Source of the DNA: a bacterium
Lineage (GTDB): Bacteria > Krumholzibacteriota > Krumholzibacteriia > G020349025
DNA: 64,000 nucleotides
Assembly (NCBI GenBank): GCA_031362565.1
Contig: JANLSU010000070.1
Location: forward strand, 47,608 to 111,607
Reading direction: 5' to 3'
In this document: piece by piece, positions 30,169 through 39,396 of the stretch
How the letters are laid out: the number at the start of each line of letters is the position of its first letter
How positions within the stretch are numbered: the first letter of the stretch is position 1
Notes under the pieces: model-generated
The model's database searches: none
Seen by the model: the letters and a program-made list of their open reading frames with translations, nothing else
Told to the model about the DNA's origin: nothing
Program-made: the position numbers and the translations under genes

Positions 30169-30668
30169 GCAGCCGGCGACTTGGCTTTGTATTCGGGGAT
30201 CGGCGTGAAGTTGGTAACGGCGGTGTCGAGCGGCGGCGAGTAGACGTGCACGGTGACGAGCCCCGCGTCCCCGACGTTGACGATGCGATGCACGTCCTTG
30301 GGCGCGGCGATCGTGATCCCACCGCGGGTGTATTCGCGCGCCGTGGTCCGGCAGGGCTTGCCGGCGGCGTCCAATTCGAACATTTCTTCCTGCATGACGC
30401 CGTCGACGACGATGTACAGGCAATTGCTGCGGCCGTGGTCGTGGATCGAACTGGCCTGTTTGGCGAGCCAACAAATGACGACCAGCTCGAAGTGGTCGTT
30501 CTTGAACACCGTATTGCGGGCGTAACGCGTCTCACAAAATTCCTTGTGAGACTCGAGATCGAGCCCGGCGATGTCAACGGCGTGCGCAAAGGCAAGCATT
30601 TCGTCGCGATCGAGCGCCCGCGTGGCCGCGGGCGAGGCGAGAAGTCGATCGCGAAGAACGTTTGCCAT
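30165..30668 (-). CDS. cysteine dioxygenase-family cupin
   Basis: YARN, ICW, SSIHDHGRSNC, HRIVN, TVHVYSPP. Confidence 0.88.
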   Translation of the reverse strand: MANVLRDRLLASPAATRALDRDEMLAFAHAVDIAGLDLESHKEFCETRYARNTVFKNDHFELVVICWLAKQASSIHDHGRSNCLYIVVDGVMQEEMFELDAAGKPCRTTAREYTRGGITIAAPKDVHRIVNVGDAGLVTVHVYSPPLDTAVTNFTPIPEYKAKSPAA

Positions 30669-30736
30669 GTCCCCAGACTACACCCGGCCCCCGGGGGCGG
30701 CGCAAATGTTTCCTGCAGTCGCCGCGGCGCGAGCCG

Positions 30737-30752
30737 CGGCACCGCGCTTGCA
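30737..30752 (+). promoter_or_regulatory. candidate sigma-54 promoter for the iol operon
   Basis: cGGCACcgcgcTTGCA, near-consensus -24/-12. Confidence 0.55.
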
Positions 30753-30936
30753 GTGTCACCGGACAGGGCGAAAGCGATGCGGGACGCCCGGGCTGGGCGT
30801 GCCGGTGCCGACTCCCCGCGACCGGTCCGCCTGAGTTTTCGCCCGTGGCCGGTCCGGAATCGGCCATGCCGTCCGGCGGCGCGGCGGCACGGATCGAAGC
30901 GCCCCCGCCCCTGGAATGCTGCCTGGAGGAATCGCG

Positions 30937-31947
30937 GTGCCTGAGGTGTTGGGACTGGGTGTGATCGGGCTGGGCCGCATCGGGCGCTTGCACGCCGAGA
31001 ATGCGGCACGCCTGGCGGAAGCCCGCCTCGTCGCCCTCGCCGACCCGTGCGTCGAGCGCGCCCACGAGGCGGCAGCGGCCTGCGGCGCGGGCCGCGTGTT
31101 CGACGACCCCACCGCACTCCTCGCCGACCCCGGCGTCCACGCCGTACTCATCTGCTCGTCGACCGATACGCATGCCGGGTTCCTGGAGCAAGCCGCCGCG
31201 GCCGGCAAGCACATCTTCTGCGAAAAACCCCTGGATCTCGATCCCGAACGGATTCGGAGCGCACTCGCGGCGGTCGAACGGGCCGGCGTGCTGCTGCAAG
31301 TCGGCTTCAACCGCCGCTTCGACCCGGGCTTCCGGCGCATCGCCGCCGGCGTCCAACGCGGCGAGGTCGGGCGCCCCGAGTTCGTTCGCATCACGAGCCG
31401 CGACCCTGCCCCGCCACCACTCGATTACGTGCGCGTCTCGGGTGGGATCTTTCTCGACATGACGATTCACGATTTCGACCTGGCGCGCTATCTCATGGCC
31501 GATGAAGTCGTCGAAGTGCAGGCCATGGGTGCAGCGCTCGTCGATCCCGCCATTGGCGCCGCCGGCGATGTCGACACCGCGGCCGTGCTCTTGCGCTTTG
31601 CGGGCGGCGCGCTCGGCTGCATCGACAACTCGCGCCGCGCGGTCTACGGCTACGACCAGCGCGCCGAAGTCCTCGGATCGGCAGGCTGCTTGAGCGCCGC
31701 CAACGTGACCCCGGACCGTGTCAGCCGCTGGGATGTAAACGGCCAAACCGCCGCCAAACCCTTGCACTTCTTCTTGGAGCGCTACGGCGCGGCCTATGTC
31801 GACGAGCTACAGGCCTTCGTCGATTGCGTGCGCGGCCGGCGGCCGCCGCCCGTCAGCGGCCACGATGGATTGCAAGCGACACGCATCGCGCTCGCGGCGC
31901 GGCGCTCGCTTGCCGAACGGCGCCCCGTCGCAGTCGAGGTCGGCTGA
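30937..31947 (+). CDS. iolG: myo-inositol 2-dehydrogenase
   Basis: GLGRIG, ICSSTDTH, CEKP, GFNRRFD, SRDP, DMTIHDFD, YGYDQRAEV. Confidence 0.9.
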   Translation: MPEVLGLGVIGLGRIGRLHAENAARLAEARLVALADPCVERAHEAAAACGAGRVFDDPTALLADPGVHAVLICSSTDTHAGFLEQAAAAGKHIFCEKPLDLDPERIRSALAAVERAGVLLQVGFNRRFDPGFRRIAAGVQRGEVGRPEFVRITSRDPAPPPLDYVRVSGGIFLDMTIHDFDLARYLMADEVVEVQAMGAALVDPAIGAAGDVDTAAVLLRFAGGALGCIDNSRRAVYGYDQRAEVLGSAGCLSAANVTPDRVSRWDVNGQTAAKPLHFFLERYGAAYVDELQAFVDCVRGRRPPPVSGHDGLQATRIALAARRSLAERRPVAVEVG

Positions 31948-32774
31948 TGCTATCGCCCGTCGTGAATGCGTTTCGCGCCGGCTTCGACCGCGGCCGCACG
32001 GTCATCGTTCGTGAAAGCGATGCGGGGCCGCTCGCACCGGGGCTCGATTTCGATGTGGTCGTGCAACACCGCGGTGACGCGACCGATGCAACGGACGCCA
32101 AGGAATCGGCTTGGGTGCTCCTTGCCGGGCGCGCCGCAGTGACATTCGATGCCGCATCGCACGTTGTCGAGCGCGATTCCCTCTTCGATGCCGCACCCGC
32201 GGTCCTGCATCTCGCGGCCGGCTCGGCTGCCAAGCTGGTGGCGCACTCCGATCGCGTCGAATGGGCGGTCGTGCGGGCCACGAATGCGCGCCGCTTTGCG
32301 CCCCGCCTGTTCACGGCCGCCGATGTGACGGCCGAGCGCCGCGGCGCGGGGCTCGCGCAGGGTGCCTGCGTCCGCACCGTGCGCCTCGTCTTCGATCGCA
32401 CCACAAGGCCCGAATCGGCAATCGTCCTCGGCGAAGTCGTGGGCGATGCCGGACGCTGGTCGAGCTATCCGCCGCATCATCATGCGCAGCCGGAGCTGTA
32501 TCACTACCGGTTTTCGGCACCGCAGGGCTGGGGACACGCCGAATTGGGCGACGCCGTTTTCAGAGTGCAAAGCGGTGACACGCTCTGCATTCCACCGCAC
32601 GCGACGCATGCGCAGGTTGCCGCCGCGGGTTATGCGATGTGGTACCTCTGGGCGGTGCGCCACGTGCCGGGTGCCCCGTACGAGGGCTTCACCTACGACC
32701 CCCAGCACACCTGGTTGCTCGATCCGGCCTCGCAAGGCTGGGCGCCCGGCGTGGACGCTGGAGGCCGCTCATGA
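31947..32774 (+). CDS. iolB: 5-deoxy-glucuronate isomerase
   Basis: LGEVV...GRWSSYPPHHHAQPELYHYRF; YAMWYLW; operon context. Confidence 0.85.
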   Translation: MLSPVVNAFRAGFDRGRTVIVRESDAGPLAPGLDFDVVVQHRGDATDATDAKESAWVLLAGRAAVTFDAASHVVERDSLFDAAPAVLHLAAGSAAKLVAHSDRVEWAVVRATNARRFAPRLFTAADVTAERRGAGLAQGACVRTVRLVFDRTTRPESAIVLGEVVGDAGRWSSYPPHHHAQPELYHYRFSAPQGWGHAELGDAVFRVQSGDTLCIPPHATHAQVAAAGYAMWYLWAVRHVPGAPYEGFTYDPQHTWLLDPASQGWAPGVDAGGRS

Positions 32775-34627
32775 GCACCGTGCGCCTGACCGTCGCCCAA
32801 GCGCTCGTCGATTTTCTCGCCCAGCAGTACATGGCGCGCGACGGCGCCGAGCATCGCATCATCCACGGCTTCGCAGGCATCTTTGGACATGGCAACGTGA
32901 CCGGCATCGGCCAAGCGATCGAGGAGCGCTCGAGCCTGCCCTTCTATCAGCCCAAGAACGAGCAAGCGATGGTGCACATGGCGGTGGCGTTCGCCAAGGC
33001 ACGCGCTCGGCTCGGCACGCTCGCCTGCACGACATCGGTCGGACCCGGGGCGACGAATCTCGTCACTGGTGCCGCGGGCGCGACCATCAACCGTCTGCCG
33101 GTTCTACTCTTGCCGGGCGACGTGTTCGCGAGCCGCCTCCCCGATCCGGTGTTGCAGCAGCTCGAGCATCCGCAGTCGCTCGACACGAGCGTCAACGATT
33201 GCCTGCGGCCGGTGTCGCGCCGCTTCGATCGCATCATGCGGCCCGAGCAATTGCTGCGGGCGCTGCCGGAAGCGATGCGCGTCCTGGCATCGCCGGTCGA
33301 AACGGGTGCCGTGACGATCTGCTTGCCCGAGGATGTGCAAACCGAAGCCTACGACTGGCCGGTCGAGTTCTTCGCGAAAAGGGTGTATGCAGTGCTGCGG
33401 CCGCGCCCGGACACCAACGAACTCCAAACCGCAGTTGCGCTCCTGAAAAACTCGCGGCGGCCGTTTCTCATTGCCGGTGGCGGCGTGCACTACGCCGGCG
33501 CCACCAACGCGCTTGCCGCGTTCGTGGAACGCACCGGGATTCCCGCCGGCGTGACGCAAGCCGGCAAGGGTGCATTGCTCGATGCGCACCCGTTCTGTCT
33601 CGGAGCCGTCGGCGTGACCGGCACCGCGGCCGCGAATCGTATCGCGGCGGAGGCCGATGTCGTCGTCGCGATCGGCACCCGCTTGGCGGATTTCACGACC
33701 GCCTCGAAGACGCTCTTCCAGCATCCGAACGTGCGCTTCGTGAATATCCAAATCGATCCCTATGACGCGCACAAACAGGGCGCGTTGCCGCTTCTGGCCG
33801 ACGCCCGGGCGGGGCTCGAGGATCTGGGCGCGGCACTCGGCGGCTATTCGACGTCGAGCCCGTACCGGCGCGAAATCACCGAAGCACAATCGGCGTGGGC
33901 CCTCATGCGGGACGAGATCGTGCATCGCACCCACGGCGACACCGGTGCACTGCACCAAGCGGCGGTGCTCGCACTCCTGAACGAGCATGTCGGCCCGCGC
34001 GCCACGGTCGTGCATGCCGCCGGCGGCCTGCCGGGAGACCTGCACAAGCTCTGGCGCTCCGAGTCGGCAGCGCAGTTGCACTCCGAGTACGGTTACTCGT
34101 GCATGGGCTATGAGATCGCGGGAGCGCTCGGCGTCAAACTGGCGGATCCCGAGCGCGCCGTGTATGCATTCGTGGGTGACGGCAGTTACCTCATGCTGCA
34201 CACGGAAATCGTCACCGCGCTGCAAGAAGGACTCAAGATCACCATCGTCCTCGTCGACAACGGCGGCTACCAGTGCATTCATGGGTTGCAGCGCAGCACC
34301 GGTGGGCGGAGCTTCGGCAATGAGTTCCGCACCCGCACCGGTGGCCGCCTCGCCGGATCCCCGGTGCCGGTGGACTACGCCGCGAATGCCCGCAGCTTGG
34401 GGGCCGCGGCGTGGCACGCCCGAACCGCGGCCGAACTGCGCGCAGCACTCGCGGCAGCCGGCGCCGAGCCACGGACCTGTCTCATTCATGTGCCGGTCGA
34501 GCCCCGCCCGGTGCCGTCCTTCGCCTGGTGGGACGTCCCATCCGCCGAGGTCTCCGACATCCCGTCCGTACGAGACGCACGCCGGCGTTACGACGCGGCG
34601 CGGGTCGCGCAACGGTTCTACTACTGA
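32771..34627 (+). CDS. iolD: 3D-(3,5/4)-trihydroxycyclohexane-1,2-dione acylhydrolase
   Basis: RLTVAQALV, GIFGHGNV, NEQAMVH, EYGYSCMGYEIAG, GDGSYLML, WWDVP. Confidence 0.95.
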   Translation: MSTVRLTVAQALVDFLAQQYMARDGAEHRIIHGFAGIFGHGNVTGIGQAIEERSSLPFYQPKNEQAMVHMAVAFAKARARLGTLACTTSVGPGATNLVTGAAGATINRLPVLLLPGDVFASRLPDPVLQQLEHPQSLDTSVNDCLRPVSRRFDRIMRPEQLLRALPEAMRVLASPVETGAVTICLPEDVQTEAYDWPVEFFAKRVYAVLRPRPDTNELQTAVALLKNSRRPFLIAGGGVHYAGATNALAAFVERTGIPAGVTQAGKGALLDAHPFCLGAVGVTGTAAANRIAAEADVVVAIGTRLADFTTASKTLFQHPNVRFVNIQIDPYDAHKQGALPLLADARAGLEDLGAALGGYSTSSPYRREITEAQSAWALMRDEIVHRTHGDTGALHQAAVLALLNEHVGPRATVVHAAGGLPGDLHKLWRSESAAQLHSEYGYSCMGYEIAGALGVKLADPERAVYAFVGDGSYLMLHTEIVTALQEGLKITIVLVDNGGYQCIHGLQRSTGGRSFGNEFRTRTGGRLAGSPVPVDYAANARSLGAAAWHARTAAELRAALAAAGAEPRTCLIHVPVEPRPVPSFAWWDVPSAEVSDIPSVRDARRRYDAARVAQRFYY

Positions 34628-34641
34628 ACGGAGTTGACGCG

Positions 34642-35565
34642 ATGACTGCATTCGAGCGCCAAGCCCCCTTCCTGAGCGATTGGGCGCCACGGGTCGGCAT
34701 CAACCCGATCGTGTGGACCAATGACGACTTCCACGACTTAGGGAACGCCACGTCGCTCGATCGTTGCTTGTCGGAAACGCGTGCCGCCGGCTTCGCGGGC
34801 ACCGAACTCGGGCGCAAGTTTCCACGCCAGCCGGAAGCGCTCCGCAGCGCACTCGCGGCGCACGGCCTGGTGCTCGTCTCGGGATGGCATAGCCTCAACG
34901 TGTTGGAGCAGGACATCGAGACCGTGTGGCAGGGCCTTCGAACCCATCTCGAACTGCTCTCGGCACTCGGAACCGACGTTGCGATCGTCGCCGAATGCAC
35001 CCGCCGCAGCTACGCCGATCCGCAGGCACCGCTGCGCTTCGTACGCAATGGCGACGCGCTCGCGTCCGCCGAGTGGGATCGTTTGACCACGGGTCTCGAC
35101 CACTTGGCGGCCCGCGCCGCCGAACACGGTATGCGCTTGGCCTACCATCACCACATGGGTACGGTCGTGCAAACAGCCGGCGAGGTCGACCGGCTGATGG
35201 CGGAAACTCGCGATCTCGGTTTGCTCGTCGATACCGGGCATCTGGCTTTCGCCGGCGCCGATCCGCTCGCCATGCTCGAACGTCACGCGCCGCGCGTCGT
35301 TCACGTCCACCTCAAGAATGTGCGGCCGGACGTGGTCCAGAGCGCCCGCCAAAGCGCCTGGAGTTTTTCGCAGGCGGTCCGCGCCGGTGTGTTCACGGTG
35401 CCGGGTGACGGCGGCATCGATTTCGCGCCCATCCTCGCCCGCCTGCGCCAAGCGCGGTACCGGGGCTGGCTGGTGGTCGAAGCCGAACAGGATCCGAGCC
35501 TCGCGCCACCCTTCCAGTACGCGGCGCGGGCCCGCGACTACGTTCGCAAAGTGGCGGGTGTGTGA
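34642..35565 (+). CDS. iolE: myo-inosose-2 dehydratase
   Basis: INPIVWTNDD, GTELG, SGW, YHHHMGT, DTGH, FTVPGDG, VEAEQDP. Confidence 0.93.
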   Translation: MTAFERQAPFLSDWAPRVGINPIVWTNDDFHDLGNATSLDRCLSETRAAGFAGTELGRKFPRQPEALRSALAAHGLVLVSGWHSLNVLEQDIETVWQGLRTHLELLSALGTDVAIVAECTRRSYADPQAPLRFVRNGDALASAEWDRLTTGLDHLAARAAEHGMRLAYHHHMGTVVQTAGEVDRLMAETRDLGLLVDTGHLAFAGADPLAMLERHAPRVVHVHLKNVRPDVVQSARQSAWSFSQAVRAGVFTVPGDGGIDFAPILARLRQARYRGWLVVEAEQDPSLAPPFQYAARARDYVRKVAGV

Positions 35566-36644
35566 TGGCGAAGCAGCCGCACGCGGTGACGTCCAAGATG
35601 CAAGCGACGCTGGCATTGGGCGCGTCGTTCTGGAACGACTCGTGTGATTTGCGCGAATTGCGCCACGCCGTCGACGCGGGGGCACGCGGCGCGACATCGA
35701 ACCCGGTCATTGTCGCCGAAGCGGTGAGCGCCGATCCCGCGACCTGGCTGCCGGTTGTCGACGCCTTGCTCCGCGACCACCCCACTGGGCGCGAAGACGA
35801 AATCGCTTGGCGGCTGGTCGGGGCAATGGGGCGTGAGGCAGCAGCGATTCTGGCGCCCGTGCACGCCCGCACCGGCGGCGAGCACGGCTGGTTGTGCGTG
35901 CAAACGGATCCACGGCTCTTCCGCGACGCCGAACGCATGTGCGCGCATGGACGCGAAATCGCCGCGCTGGCAGCCAACGTCGCGGTCAAGGTGCCGGCCA
36001 CGGCCGCCGGCCTGCAGGCCATCGAGACGCTGACCAGCGAAGGCATCCGCATCAATGCCACGGTCAGTTTCAGTGTGTCACAAGCCCTGGCATGCGCGGC
36101 GGCCGTCGAACGTGGGCTCGCCGCGGCCGAACGCACCGGGCGCGGCGACGCCGCAACCATCCAGCCCTGGGTGACACTCATGGTGGGACGTCTCGATGAT
36201 CACTTGCGGCGTGTGATGGAGCGCGAACGTGTCACCGTAGAGCCGGGATTCCTCGACTGGGCGGGCATCGCCGTCTTCAAAAAGGCCGCCGCACTGTTCC
36301 GCGCCCGCGGCTATCGCAGCACGCTTCTCGCCGCCGCGTACCGGCACTGCATGCATTGGACGGAACTCGTCGGTCCGGGTGTCGTCCTGTCGATGCCGTA
36401 CCGATTCTGGACCCAGTTCGATGCCTCGGACTTGGTGCCGCGCGTCGCACTCGCGGATCCGGTCGAGCCGCGCGTCGTCGCGACGCTTCTGGCGCTGTTC
36501 CCCGATTTCGCCCGCGCCATGGACGAAGAGGGTTTGTCGCCGGCCGAATTCGAGACCTTCGGCCCCTCGATCCACACTCTGCAGCAATTTCACGCCAGCT
36601 TCGACCGCCTGGTCGGGATCGTCCGCGGCCGCCTGTTGCGCTAG
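35565..36644 (+). CDS. transaldolase-family class I aldolase (atypical active site)
   Basis: WNDS, GATSNP, Schiff-base VKVPAT, INATVSFS, MVGRLDD. Confidence 0.85.
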   Translation: MAKQPHAVTSKMQATLALGASFWNDSCDLRELRHAVDAGARGATSNPVIVAEAVSADPATWLPVVDALLRDHPTGREDEIAWRLVGAMGREAAAILAPVHARTGGEHGWLCVQTDPRLFRDAERMCAHGREIAALAANVAVKVPATAAGLQAIETLTSEGIRINATVSFSVSQALACAAAVERGLAAAERTGRGDAATIQPWVTLMVGRLDDHLRRVMERERVTVEPGFLDWAGIAVFKKAAALFRARGYRSTLLAAAYRHCMHWTELVGPGVVLSMPYRFWTQFDASDLVPRVALADPVEPRVVATLLALFPDFARAMDEEGLSPAEFETFGPSIHTLQQFHASFDRLVGIVRGRLLR

Positions 36645-36848
36645 CACCGATTCATCTCGCAGCGTGATCCCGAATCGTCCTTCAGTGCCGATCCTGGGAC
36701 GCTTTGGGTCCTTTGCCGCTTTCCCGCTCGGATGTATGTCGAATGCGTCACTCGCGATTCATGCTGGCGTCATGCTCTTGGCGCAACAATGACCACAACG
36801 AAAGACGCCCCACAGTGCGCCAACATCTATTTGATGGGGAGAGACATC

Positions 36849-37700
36849 ATGAATCGTACGCTAGCGATCGCATTATCCGTAGTCGTCACCAGCACATTCG
36901 GTGCATCTCAATCGCCGCGCGGGATCAGCCGCTGGTTGCCCGCAATGCCGCCGGCCGCCGCCGATGTGCTGGTGGGAATGAACGACGTGGAACATCCACA
37001 CGACGGCACTGCGAATGAACTCGTGCAGGTCGACCTCACGACCGGCGTGGCGACAAACCTGCACGTTTTCGCGGCGGCACTGAACGACATGGAGGCGCTC
37101 TGCTACGACGCGCGCAACGCCGTACTGTGGGCCACCAACGGCGGTGTCCTGGTACGAATCAACACCACGACCTTCGACGCGGTGACCATCGGCGACACCG
37201 GTTTGGGTGACATCGACGGTTTATCGATTCAGCCAGGCACCGGCACGCTCTTCGGGATCACGTACGGCGGCAACGATTTGTTCACTATCGACAAACAGAC
37301 CGGCGCCGTGACGATGATCAACGGTCACATCGAGGAGGGCTCGCGCCCCGAGGATCTCGCCTTCGATTCGACCGGCCGGCTGTACGCCCTCACGTCCAGT
37401 AGCCTGGTCGAGTTGCGGCCGAGCGACGGAGTCCGGATTTCGAAGGTCGCGCTATCGGGTGCCTCGAGCCTCGAGTCGCTCGTGTGGTGGAACGAGGGTG
37501 GCACTTTCCTGACCGCCGGGGATCGCGGGACAACCAAGGACCTCGCGCGCCTCGACCGGACAACCGGCGTCGCGACTTTCGTCGGCGCCGTGCACTCCGG
37601 CAAAGTCGACATCGAGGCGCTCGCCTTCTTGCCGCAAACCCCGCCGGTCCTCGCGGTCCAAGAACGGACGTGGGGAGCCACCAAGGCGTTGTACCAGTGA
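36849..37700 (+). CDS. secreted beta-propeller-like protein with W-K-Y tail
   Basis: Signal peptide; ~40-aa repeats (MEALCYD, IDGLSIQ, PEDLAFD, LESLVWW, IEALAFL). Confidence 0.75.
   Translation: MNRTLAIALSVVVTSTFGASQSPRGISRWLPAMPPAAADVLVGMNDVEHPHDGTANELVQVDLTTGVATNLHVFAAALNDMEALCYDARNAVLWATNGGVLVRINTTTFDAVTIGDTGLGDIDGLSIQPGTGTLFGITYGGNDLFTIDKQTGAVTMINGHIEEGSRPEDLAFDSTGRLYALTSSSLVELRPSDGVRISKVALSGASSLESLVWWNEGGTFLTAGDRGTTKDLARLDRTTGVATFVGAVHSGKVDIEALAFLPQTPPVLAVQERTWGATKALYQ
37653..37700 (+). other. shared C-terminal motif copy 2: AVQERTWGATKALYQ*
   Basis: Gap-free alignment with the other two tails. Confidence 0.8.
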
Positions 37701-37772
37701 TGCAGCGGGCGGGAGCGGCCCGCATCCGGTCCCGACGATGCATCACAACTTTGCAGATGAAAAGGCCTCCGT

Positions 37773-39374
37773 GTGTTAGAAGAGGGCTGTCGAGAGACCC
37801 TTTCGTGCGACACCGGAGGCTTCTTGCAAGCCGTCGATGCAAAATTCAGCAAGCCGGATGGAGCGGCCCGAGTCACGACGACCGGGCGCCAGGGGCTTGG
37901 CCTTGCGGTCTTCGCCGTGTGCCTGCTCGTCTACGGCATCACCGCATTCGGCGCGCTGCGCTCGCCGGACAGCGAAGTCGTGTTCGAGGTGTGTGAGGCG
38001 CTCGTCGATCACGGCACCTTCGCCGTCGAGGGCGTATCGGCGTGGGAGGGTTTCGGGCTGGCGCCAGGGCGCGACGGGCGGATGTACTCGGTGTTCGGCG
38101 TCGGCCAGTCACTGGCCTCCGTGCCGTTCTTGTGGGCGGGCCGGGCCCTGGGCCTCGCGGGCGACGGAGCGCCGGCGGGTATCAACCCCAGCTTCTACGT
38201 CGGTCAGGGCCGCGAGCAGTTCATGGACGGTGTTCCCGCCGCACCGCGCCGGCCACATGGCGACCGCTTCGTGGTCGCGTATCTCAATGTGCTCGTCAGT
38301 GCATTCGGCGCCTGGGTGTTCTTCGCTATCGCCCGGCGCCTGGCGCGGCATTCGGCTGCAGCCCTGGGAGTGACCGCGCTCTACGCCTTTGGGACGTTGT
38401 CTTGGTCCTACTCGGGCGGCTGCTTCAGCGAGCCCCTGGCGATTCTTTTCGTGCTCCTGTCGCTGCTCGGGTTGCTGCGCAGTCAATGCTTTGCGTCGTT
38501 GGCCTCGGGGCTGGCGCTCGGTTTTGCCGTTGCGACGCACGTGACCGCGATGCTCTTCATTCCGTTCTTCGCAGCCGCTGCGTTCCTGGATGCAGAACCG
38601 CAGCGCCGCCGGCGGCGGGGATTCGAGTTCTGCGCTGGGCTCGGCGCCGTGCTGATTCTGCTCGGCCTCTTCAACCATTTGCGCTTCGGCAGCCCCTTCG
38701 AGACCGGCCGAACCGTCGATGCGACGCTGGCGCAACATTTTGGCTACGGCCATGCGGTGGCGCCGTGGGCCGGGCTCGCGGGCTTCGCGGTCGGTGGCGG
38801 CAAGAGTCTGTTCGTCTTCATCCCCGCGGTGCTGGGCGGACTGGCGCTGCTGCCCCGCTTCTTGCGCACCCATCGGATGCTGGGACTCGTCATCACGGCA
38901 AGCGTGATCACGCGCCTCGTGTTCATTGCGGCGCGCAGCGATTGGCACGGCGGCTTCTGCCTCGGGCCGCGGCTCCTGCTCATGATCGTGCCACTCCTGC
39001 TGTTGCCCATCGTGCCGTGGCTCGACCGGATGTTGGACGAACGGCGGCAGGGGGCGATCGTGGCCTTCGCAATTGCATCATGGGCCTGCGTGGCGGAGCA
39101 ACTCGTCTTCGTCGTCGGTGAACCGTTCTCGTACTACTGGCGTCTGCTCGCGGTCTACATTCCGCGCGGCACCGATTTGTTCGCCGGCAATCGTTTGTAC
39201 TTGGACTGGGCCTTCGCTCCGCTGTTGCACTTGCTGGCAGGACAAAGGGGACCGTGGCTCTGGCGCGCGATGCCGCTCTCCAACGCCGCGTTGTGGGCGG
39301 CGTTAGCCGTACTTGCCGCAGGGTTGTACGGGGTTGCAGCCTGGCTCGTGTTGCGCCGGCGCGACAGCACATGA
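37773..39374 (+). CDS. polytopic membrane protein, GT-C/PMT-like glycosyltransferase
   Basis: SPDSE loop, YSVFGVGQSL, FSEPL, NHLRFGSPFETG, WHGGFCLGPRLL; start uncertain (TTG 37824 possible). Confidence 0.7.
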   Translation: MLEEGCRETLSCDTGGFLQAVDAKFSKPDGAARVTTTGRQGLGLAVFAVCLLVYGITAFGALRSPDSEVVFEVCEALVDHGTFAVEGVSAWEGFGLAPGRDGRMYSVFGVGQSLASVPFLWAGRALGLAGDGAPAGINPSFYVGQGREQFMDGVPAAPRRPHGDRFVVAYLNVLVSAFGAWVFFAIARRLARHSAAALGVTALYAFGTLSWSYSGGCFSEPLAILFVLLSLLGLLRSQCFASLASGLALGFAVATHVTAMLFIPFFAAAAFLDAEPQRRRRRGFEFCAGLGAVLILLGLFNHLRFGSPFETGRTVDATLAQHFGYGHAVAPWAGLAGFAVGGGKSLFVFIPAVLGGLALLPRFLRTHRMLGLVITASVITRLVFIAARSDWHGGFCLGPRLLLMIVPLLLLPIVPWLDRMLDERRQGAIVAFAIASWACVAEQLVFVVGEPFSYYWRLLAVYIPRGTDLFAGNRLYLDWAFAPLLHLLAGQRGPWLWRAMPLSNAALWAALAVLAAGLYGVAAWLVLRRRDST

Positions 39375-39396
39375 TCAAGGGCGTGGGCGCTAGGGT

